Shown in pieces: positions 54,027-64,000 of a DNA stretch of 64,000 nt. The first letter of the stretch is position 1; each line of letters opens with the position of its first letter. Source of the stretch: Chrysomallon squamiferum (taxonomy: Eukaryota; Animalia; Mollusca); the NCBI GenBank assembly GCA_012295275.1, contig CM022671.1:13144001-13208000 (forward strand), written 5' to 3'. The translations under genes were made by a program, and so were the position numbers. Under the pieces are notes generated by a model. The model was given only the letters and a program-made list of their open reading frames with translations. It did no database searches and had not been told where the DNA came from.

Positions 54027-56389
54027 GTAAGATCAATTAAAAAAAATAATAATAATTAATATTTAAAATATATTTTTCTACATTAATATTTCCTCATTAA
54101 ATCTTTGAAACAGCATTGTGAAATAATTAATTTTCAGTTCTGTGCACTAGACTCAGGATGTTACCTTCATTTCATTTTAGGGTCAGACATAACCACACTA
54201 TAACTATTCACACAAGGAAAGAAAACCAAGTTTGTCTAGCCATAGATAGATAAATAACAATAATTTGATTCTGAAATGCAATCCAACATATTATTAATAT
54301 AGATGTGTTCTGATAGGAGTGTATAAAATCATATTGTAAGCTTGTGTTGAATTTTCTGATCTTAATACTACACAGTCATATAACCACCTATAGCTATTTC
54401 TCTGATCAGAATCAAACTATTCTCATCAGTATGAATATTCAAATATTTGTATTTAATACTGTAATCAACTCAGTACATTAATGTTTATATATCAATATGT
54501 AAATACAAAATTCAACTTAGATTTTTCAAACTGTTTAACCTAGTTTTTAAAAATGGTTTAACATGAGATAATATTTAAATTTTTTATTAACTCTGATAGT
54601 GGCAGAACAAAGATAAAAGCCTAATTATAATAAAATGATAATTATTTCTTCTACATTTAAAAGCATATTCACTAATCTTCTACAAATGCAGCTATCTAAC
54701 ATTTATGGATAATTCTCAACTAGGGTAAATATTTGCAGTGGCTGCACAGTATGAAAACACTCAGCTAGTAATGTTATACATTAACATTTTTGAACTTCAC
54801 TAGTTTTAAACAAATGGCTTCAGTTACATCACCACAGTGCTTTTCCTCAGCTCACGTTGGACTAATAAAATGATACACATCTGTTTTAATCATTAAAAAC
54901 ATAAAGTATGAGTTTCAAAACAATTATTGAAAAATACTTGAAATTACTTTAAATCTTTGTGTATTAAAATAAAATAAAGTGATTATTTAATTTCAATATT
55001 GTATAGGATAGGACAAAATGAAAGTGTGTGTGTATGTAGTTGTAGATGCATATGCATGTATGTTTGTTTGAGATGCATATGTAAATGGATTTAGACTGAT
55101 GTTCTTACTTAATGGTCATAAATGACTTAAAGGTAAAGTTGTACAATAAACCTAGTACAAAAGAAAACCAGAAAAACAAAAACCCGACACTTATACATGA
55201 TTTACCTCCATTCTTAATCCCATTGCAGTGCTTCTGAATAATTTATTCACAGCATGCTTTTCATCTTCCCTAACTGAACTGCATTTGCTATGAAACACTT
55301 TATTCAACATGACAACTAAATTTGATCATGATGAGTTTCATGCTAAGGAGTTTCATACTAAGATGAAAATGAGAAAGGAAAAACACAACAAATGTATAAT
55401 TTTATTTGTGTCAAATTAATCAGAATATTCTTTTTCCATACTGTCAGTCATCCGTTGGGCAATGGATTCATAATTGTAAGTGTTAATTTGCTGTATTTGT
55501 CAAGATTAGATGGGAAAGGGATGCCAGTCTTTCTAGTCATCTTATATTTTGGAAAATGAGAATACAACTCTTCCTTCACCAGCAAATTTTTTTGTTATAT
55601 GAAAATTAAAAAAATATATATTTTGCATGATTTGGAGTGTAAATGATTTATTTACATATTTAATGGAGGAATTGCATATGTTGTCATACTGATAGAGAAA
55701 GATTTTTGTGTAGGACCCTGTAAATGTATACAATTAATTGACTGATATGTTTTTTGCAGTTAAATCATAGGGAAGGAACCTTCCTTTTTTTTTTTTTTTT
55801 TTTTTTTTATCATATAGCAATCAGATTTTTAATACTGATTTGATGTGTAATTTAATTTTCATTTGATTTGTATCTATGTTTGTGGAAAGAAAGAGGATGT
55901 TATTTACTCACAGAAAAAACCACATGTTAATGTGTTACCTTTTTATTTTATTTCTTTACCATAGCACACCTTGAAAAAAACGCAATATTTTTGTTTTATT
56001 ATTCTGTCATATTTAGTTCCTACACTTGCCATTCATTGTACTGGTAGATCGGTTTTATGAAAGTTAAGTAAATATATTTTTATAACTTTAAACCTGCCTC
56101 AACTGAGCTTATTTCTTCCTGGATGGGCTCAGTAAATGATATGGGAGATTTTCTGGGAAACTGGACTTCATAGTTCCCATTATCATCTTTGGTTCTGTGA
56201 TTGCACCAATGTAGTGAACAGTGCTCTTCATTAGTTCTGCTGAGAAGAGACCTCTGTCTGTCTTCCATTCTTTTTTTCTATGCATTCTTTTTACACCAGA
56301 TACAGCACTTTAGTCTATCAGAAGAAAAGTAATACTAGTAATTAATTATCTATCAACTAACATTAATTTTATAGCTATATAATCCTTTG

Positions 56390-57008
56390 AAATGCAATGG
56401 GATCCAGTCAGCCACCTGCCCATGGGAACCGATAGAAAATGGCTCATTGGTCCCCAACACCACTTTCATTATGCTAGCCCAGTGTACCAGAGACCAACCA
56501 TATGGCTGATCAACCTAGAAGTCAAAGGAAATTACTACCAAAAAATACAAACCTTTACAGGATCTATGAAAGAAATATGTATTATCAACAAAAGACAAAC
56601 AAATTACTCAAGGTAGTCAAAAACCTACTTTTTAACTGACATGTTGATGGACTGCTCCAAAGCTCTCTAAACAATGTGGGTGAAGGTCACATGTATAGTA
56701 GTGATGGAGGATAGATATCACTATCATTTTGCAGTCACAAGCTTATGGGCTCAAAGGTCCTCAGTTTCCCCATTATTATTTGGACATTTTTTCGGAAAAA
56801 AGTTTGCCACTGGTGACTTTGGCATTGTTTGAGATTATAACAGGCAGATGGTTAGAAGAAACACACATTGCCATCTGCTGGATAAAGAGCAGAAGGAATT
56901 GTTGGAACTAATATTTCCATATATTGCAACCTAATTATTAGAGGATATGCCAGTCATTATGATTTTTTCTCCCATCTTAGCAATGGATGTCTATCACTGG
57001 TTGACTGG
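56390..57008 (+). mobile_element. Possible ancient MULE transposase relic, interrupted by the 57017 insertion
   Basis: Fragmentary motif-like peptides (ETNHMAD, ELLELIFPYI, FSP). After removing the insertion the sequence continues into HHPT and YLKHVSY at 58803-58855. Weak evidence. Confidence 0.25.
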
Positions 57009-57016
57009 TTAAGAAC

Positions 57017-58795
57017 GGTGTCTTCCCATTTGGTAGAATTCCCAGTTCGTATAATTCCCATTTCGTAGAAAAAGCTGGTCTACCGCAATACTGATTACCT
57101 CTGTATATAATGAACTTGGCCTGTGCATACATCTGGTTTCTTTCTAACATTCAGAGGGGGAGCGCACTGTTCCTAAATCGATTATGTAACTTCAACCGAA
57201 AGCAGAATAAGCGTTCACTGCTCATTTGTTGTAGATTTGTAACTTTTTCGTTATTATCATCATCATCTTCCTCTTCCTCATTATCATCATCATCAACATT
57301 ATTATTATTATAATATTATTACTATTATTATTATTGTTATTATTATCATTCGTATTCTTCTTATTAATATTATTATAATTACTGTTACTATTATTATTAT
57401 TTTTTTTTTTTATTTATTTTTTTTTTTTTTAAACTGGTCATTTCTAATTCATAAACATTTCATTTCCGTTACAAAACAAAACCAATAATAAACAATTTTA
57501 CATCAGTTTCATTTATCTATTAAAAAACAAAACGAAAAGAGAATGAAAGAAAAGAAAAATGGCTTGCTTCTGTAAGAGAATACGACAAAAATATTATAAA
57601 TAACTAATTCAGCAAATATAATTTTTAACAAAACATATTTTACATACGAGTAATTTATTTATATTCAGTAAATAGAATATTTGAACGTTACATTTATCAT
57701 TAACTTTTCAAATTCAACCATATTCAGCTTAAACGTACAAGATATCTGTTACTGATCATATTTACGTTATGCACACATACATATTCAGATTGTGCACATA
57801 TTATACAATATATGTGACATAGTATATTAATAGTATGTACACTAAAGGTATTATGACCTGCAAATACTTTGGCTATGACTGAAAAAGTTTATACGAAGGA
57901 CCAAATCATTGGGAATACTTTTAGATAAATACCTTCTTTTTTAATTATTTACATTCACTATATTCGATACATAGATTATTTCGATATTTGTCATATTTGC
58001 ATACTTCATGCGATAAGCGATATCCATACTGCAATAATACCTCAGATTAAAGATGTAATTGGTTCCAAATTTCCAATAGTGAAGTGAGGTATCGTTAAGC
58101 GGGAGACTAATTTACACAGAATTAAGGTTAAAAGCAGTGGTTACTTTCTCACTGATGAGATCTGACATAAAAAAAAAAAGGTGAAAAATGGAGAAATAAA
58201 ACGGCAGTTTAGACATAAATCATTTAATAGATTGTAGATATTAAGAAATAATTATATGCCGCTCATTGTGGGTTTGGTTTCATTTAAGATAATGTATTTT
58301 GTTTCTAAAGTTATTGTCTTCCGTTTCTTTTTATCATCAGCATTTGCCGGTATCGTGTTATTCGTTTTGACATATTGGAAGGGTAAATTACAAACAAGGT
58401 TAAGTCTAAATCGAAGCTGAAAACAAAAGAGAATCAGAATATCAGATGCACGTATGACGTATCAACTGATCAACACAGCTGAGAGAAGCTTGTGAATGAA
58501 CGAAAAATTAAAGAAAACGGACTTAAAAACATGCATTGTATACATTTGTATCATTTATTTTGAGCAATTAACTATTAAATTAAATTTCTATTTATATAAT
58601 TTGTAAAGAAGAAAGATTGTTAAAGCGTGATATCGTTAAGCGAGATATTTCTGTATTTATACAATAATAATCGCTTTCCAAATAATCTGGAGCAGTTCAT
58701 TATAATGACTGAGATAAAACCAAGCATGTCAATAAGACCACTGAACCACATTTAGCCTTTCTACGAAATGGGATTCTACCATATGGGACTAAGCC
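57017..58795. mobile_element. Young non-autonomous TIR DNA transposon (MULE- or Merlin-like) with 8-bp TSD
   Basis: Perfect TSD TTAAGAAC at 57009-57016 and 58796-58803. GG...CC termini. Imperfect TIRs built from repeats of TCCCATTTCGTAGAA (left x3, right x2 inverted). Interior has many CpGs, unlike the flanks, and no long ORF. Confidence 0.85.
57250..57430. repeat. Low-complexity (TCA)n/(TTA)n/poly-T tract inside the 57017 element
   Basis: Read directly from the sequence. Confidence 0.9.
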
Positions 58796-61700
58796 TTAAG
58801 AACATCATCCTACTACAGTCAGCATAAGTTGTTATCTTAAGCATGTGTCATACAGGAGTTTATCTGTTTTAAGAGCAGTTCCAAACATCACTGTACAAAG
58901 ATATGTAAGTAATCAGTCTTGTTGATGTTCTTGAACTGGTCTGTGTCATAAATGATGGTTAATTATATTTAATTGATGTTAAAAGAATCAAAATAAATAC
59001 CCTAAGCAACTGGAGCTGGGAGCAAATTTTCTCACCTCTTCTACTGATACAGCTAATTTTGAGAAGAAAAAAATGCTTTTCGTTCAAACTAAACTAAACT
59101 CATAAATAAATACAGTTTTCTTGACTAAATAAATTTATTAGTCCAAAGTAAACTAAACTGAAGACATGTGATGTATTCTCTAATAATTTCCAAAAAAATG
59201 ATGAATGAGATTTTGTTGTTTTTTCTCTTCTTGTTCATTTTCATCCGTTCTGCAAAGAAAACAAGGGGTAAAAATTACCATCATGACTAACAATTCCTGA
59301 ACTTAAAGTTACTAAACAGTTTCTCCTGGTATAACGATAGCTAAAATTTTTCCCATGTCTAGAAATGGTTTCATAAATTGTGGTATCCTGCTAAAAGCAA
59401 GCTTCAACATTTCAAGGAACTGTTGTAGATGTTATCCATATTTTTCTTTTTTTTTCATTCATGATACATGGTTATAGATACTGCAGATTAAAACACACTT
59501 GCTAATACAAATGTTTTGTTAGAGAATTGCTTCCATATTGCACTATTTATTTCCAAATTTCTCTCATGGCTGGCCACTAATGAACTGAGGAGATGGCAGA
59601 TGAGCAGGAAACTGTGTGCAGTCTGGGGAAGATGACTCAAACAGCAGTTAATTAACAACAATTTGAGTATATGATTATTACCTTGCAGTTAATAATATTA
59701 CTCTTATTATCTAAAGTTATTCTACCTATTATTTAAAGAAATGTAAAAATGTAAATATATACCTGTCTAGCTTTAAATTTAATTTATTGATGAACATAGA
59801 AATTTCAGATTTATAAAATTATAAGATTGGGATATACAGCAGCTTTTATGAATAATGAAATTCAGTATTGAGAGTTGTTAAAATGGAAATATGGTAACAC
59901 TTAATATATTAATTGATACTGAAAATTCATAAATAAAAAGCTAATATTTTAGTGTAATAAAACTTGACATTCAAAATAATTATTAAATGAGAACTATAAA
60001 TTTAATGACATAATTTACTTTTTAAATATATATTTGTATATAAATTTATTGTATAAAGGTGAAATTATTTCAGAGGATCAACTAACTTTTTATCTTTTAC
60101 ATATTAGCTAATTTAAAGAAATTCTTTTTCATTTTGTTATTTTTTTTTATTTATTTATTTTATTTATTTATTAGTTTTTATTTTCGTCTTATGTTTATTT
60201 AACTTTTAATAATCATTTTTAACAATGATAGTGCATTCACCTATTTATGTTTTAATATTATTATTATGCAGAATTTTATCCAAATATCTTTAATATAAAC
60301 CTTCTTCATAATGAATTGACATAAATATAAAAATTTAAATTCTTCATCTATCACTAGATGATAGAACATATTAGAATCAATACATAAATAATTCTAACAT
60401 ATTCTGTCAGGGATGGTAGTTCATCCACACTAAATCATGGTGGGTAAATATAGGATGCATGTCATTTACAGGTGATGTATATTTTTTTATAGGTGTTTCA
60501 AGTTAGTTGTAGTTTGGACCTTTATAACTGGAATGGAGTCAATGGAAAACATTTTAATCACAGATGAAGATGTTCCATTATGTACTACAGAGATAGATAA
60601 ATTGATAAAATAAGTATTAATAAAATGGAAAACATATTATTTCATATAGACATACCACCAAATTTCCAGCAGCTGATGGTTCAGCACCTCCTTTAATCCA
60701 GACAGAATAACATGAGGGAACTTGAAATTCCCACAGCCACCAGACTAATTTACTGAGCAGCCACATTTGGTCTTGTGTGTAGGATATGCTTAATTACATT
60801 CTTTACACTGCACTTTTGGTAGTGATACTGCCATTCCATGAGATTCTTAGTTAATTTTGCTTGAATTTAACCCTAGGTATCGCTTCTATGACAAATGAGA
60901 GTGTCATTCAATCCAAGATAAAGTAGAACTATTAAAAAAAAAATGGACCCTGGTGTTTTGGCGCATAAGCTGGTTTGGTTCATCAACTGTTTATGATACA
61001 AAGAAGCAAAGGGAGAAAATGTACTATTGTACAAATATCTGTATTCATTTATTTATTTAATTTATATTTAATATTTGTTTAATTTAAATTTGTAGCAGTC
61101 CACGGTATGCTTTACACATGAGAGATGTATAATTGGTGGGTTATAGGTGTGTTGATAAATTATTACTGTGTGACTATGGTTGGTCTGGCAGAATAGTTTA
61201 TCTGGCAAGGCTTTGTAACCAAGTGTGCCAGAAAATCAGAGGTGTACTTGTATCATATTTAAAGAATTAGTGAAATGGAAAATAAATATTTCTGTATCAT
61301 TTCTAATCTTAATTCAGACTGAAAAAGAAAACAAAGATTTCTTATCAGGATTATCTTAAATCATACTGAAACATAAAACATATGTTACAGCATCATTTTT
61401 CATGATAACTTGTTTTTACTTACTAACAGTTTCTATAGCTCCTGTGACCTGTAAACATTAAACACATACAGAAAAACCCCCAAAAATAAAGCAAATAAAA
61501 AATACAAATGGACACAAACCTTTAAAATGTAATAAATTGAGATAACCAATGAATTTCCTGTACATAATGTGAATGCCAACTCATATTTGTGGATGTCATG
61601 CCTTTCAATTGTCAGTGTGCTTCTTGCCAAGATCCTGTAACATGCTTTTAGAGGACATGACTCGTTTAACTACAAACAGGGTGTTTATTGAGAGAAGAAA

Positions 61701-64000
61701 ACTATCAGTTAACTAGTGGCTGAAGACTTTACAACTGAATCAGTTTCACTCAAGAATTCACTCAAGAAAAATTACATCCTTTCTCATGCTATAAGGTTTA
61801 TGCTTGACATTGATTTGTAACTAGATAGATTCATTAATATCTTCCTCTTTTAAATTTCATTTGTGACTTGCTCTAAATATTTTATCTAATTTGATTGATT
61901 CAGTTGTGCAGAGAATCTTATTGTGATAATCGATTAGATTGTTGTATTAGAGAAATTCATTCACAATATTACTTAGATTGTATGAAATAGAGTTTGGTTT
62001 GATTATTACATTACTGAGAGAAAGTTTCTCATCACAAACTTACATCTGTACAAGTTATTTTCTTGATGGTGTTTTTTAATTTATTATTATTGTTTAAATT
62101 TATTTATTTTTTATTTTCAGCATGTTTTATTGATACAAGAAAACTAGCTGATATATCAGAGACTGGTTATTTGATTCATAGGATGCTTTTAAAATAAATC
62201 ACATAACTGAATTATCCACCATGTTACTTTGCATCCTGTAAATAGAATTAATTTAATAGGTTGGTTCTAGCAATTTTAAATGGTTTGACATAGATTCTTT
62301 AATGAAATGATGTCATTAAATAAACGTTAATATGTCTTTATCTGTCTGTCCCATGATGCTAATAAATAGAGAGGCTAATTTAATTGCTGGGTGTGAAGAG
62401 TGTTTAATAAATTGGATCACTGCCAGAAACTGTTTGAATAAGGTTAATGTCCATTATGTAGACTGCAGTGAAATGAAGATCTTGTGTTAAGTATGATCCA
62501 GTTATAAAATTGATATTATTTATGCAGGTGTGGCTTGGTTGACATCTTATTTGGATAATATTCTAGTTGACACATTTATATACTTTGTTTTGATTTTAAT
62601 TCATTTTTCTTAAATATTTTTTGAATTAATAATGTTATATTTTAAACTGGAAAACAGAGAACTGGATTATTATACTTTCTGCCTTTTTAAATCCTCTTAT
62701 TTCATAGAGAACATACAGAAATAAAATTTCTTGATGTATTTAAATCTTACTAGTACTTTATTTCATTTAGGGACAGATTAAAGAAAGAGGAAAGTAGAAT
62801 TCTAAAAAAAGGTTAATTCAAGGAGAAAAATCTTTGCTTCACAATGAAAGATACTTCTGTTCTGAACAAATGGACTTTGGTGATAATCAGTGCTGAATTT
62901 GGATGAATGAATGCAGCATTTCTTCTTATCTAACTATTAAAGTAACAGATACATCTTCATCTAGATTATCATTTATCTGGATAATATGCTTGTCTTTCAT
63001 CTTGATGAATGTTTAAAGACAGGAGCACAATGTCTTACTTCATAATTTTCACCTTGCTTAAAAGCATTCTTTTCATTTAAAAATTCTGGATAAATGTAAC
63101 TGTTTAGTTTGATTAAACTTCACATGTATTAGTAAATAAGAAATACATTTTCTCCTGGAAATGCTCTAACATCTTTACCATAACTGATGATTTCAAATTT
63201 TCAAGACCTTCTCAGAATTCTTATACATTCTACTCTAAGTGCCAGAACTGATAATATTTACTATTCTGATGATGGTTTTGCATGTAATTTGTCAAGAAGA
63301 GATTGTGATGAGTTGATTATTAAGCTATATTCCAGGTACCATACACAGTTGAGGAATGCCACCCAACAGGTATTCTTTACAACCAATCCACTTTCTGAAA
63401 ATTGCACAGGTATTTCATGGTATTTGTGGAATTTAGAAATATGTTGTTAATCAGTGAAAGACATAAATTCAAGTACAGAAATAAATATATGACTTACTAC
63501 TGCTGATTCTGGAGTTGTTGAACTATTACTACAATCACCATTACTACTACTACTACTAACAATACTAAATCATAAATCAACATGAATATTGTAACATTAT
63601 AAATAGAACTGTAATAGATCTAGTGGCATTGTTTCAAGATGTCATTTATTATAAAGATATACACATACATATGTACGTACCAACCTACCTACATATATAT
63701 ATAATGATTAAGTATATTAATTTCATACATGGCATGTTACACTGGTATTAGTCATAAAACTTTTATGTACTAAAGCTCTTCCCCTGTTTACTGTATGCCA
63801 GTTTGGTATCTTTTAACATTAGCACATGAAAGATACCAACTTATTTGCTTATAGTTTAGCACTTGTTTCTTAATGTGTGGTAATACTTTAACATTTTATT
63901 GATGTTTGTCTGAAAATAAACTTTACAATATGTGTTGGTAAATAAGTAATTATTTTTCTCTATTTATGTAATTGTTTCATTATAGAGTTAGTTTACCAAC

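Noticed and set aside
232-63450. About 80 short ORFs (60-110 aa) in the ORF track
   Set aside because: F/I/L/Y/K-biased translations typical of AT-rich noncoding DNA and microsatellites, with no domain motifs. Only 42242 (exon), 28132-29042 and 32971 (TE) are informative.
54027-64000. Searched for the next PDZ2 exon (expected EVxLxR...KLGLT.CY)
   Set aside because: Candidate acceptors (e.g. 54180, 62120) are not followed by such a peptide; the exon probably lies beyond the window.

Overview
Very AT-rich, strongly CpG-depleted animal genomic DNA (invertebrate, possibly mollusc; the taxon is a guess). It is not prokaryotic, so almost all short ORFs in the track are noise. The window lies inside one long + strand gene of the PDZRN3/PDZRN4 (LNX3/4, Drosophila Slip1) family. 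Two phase-compatible coding exons are visible (42266-42492 and 53888-54026). There is also a candidate alternative first exon (40494-40514, MFGFHTQ) that would give a RING-less short isoform. The rest is intronic and contains transposon debris: an internally deleted Sola2-like element with ~220-bp TIRs (27941-30214), a young CpG-rich non-autonomous TIR element with a perfect 8-bp TSD (57017-58795), Tigger/pogo, hAT Charlie/Buster, MULE-FLYWCH and LINE relics, fold-back structures and microsatellites. I found no tRNA, rRNA or CRISPR array and no convincing new multi-gene system. All family assignments are from recalled motifs, not database searches.
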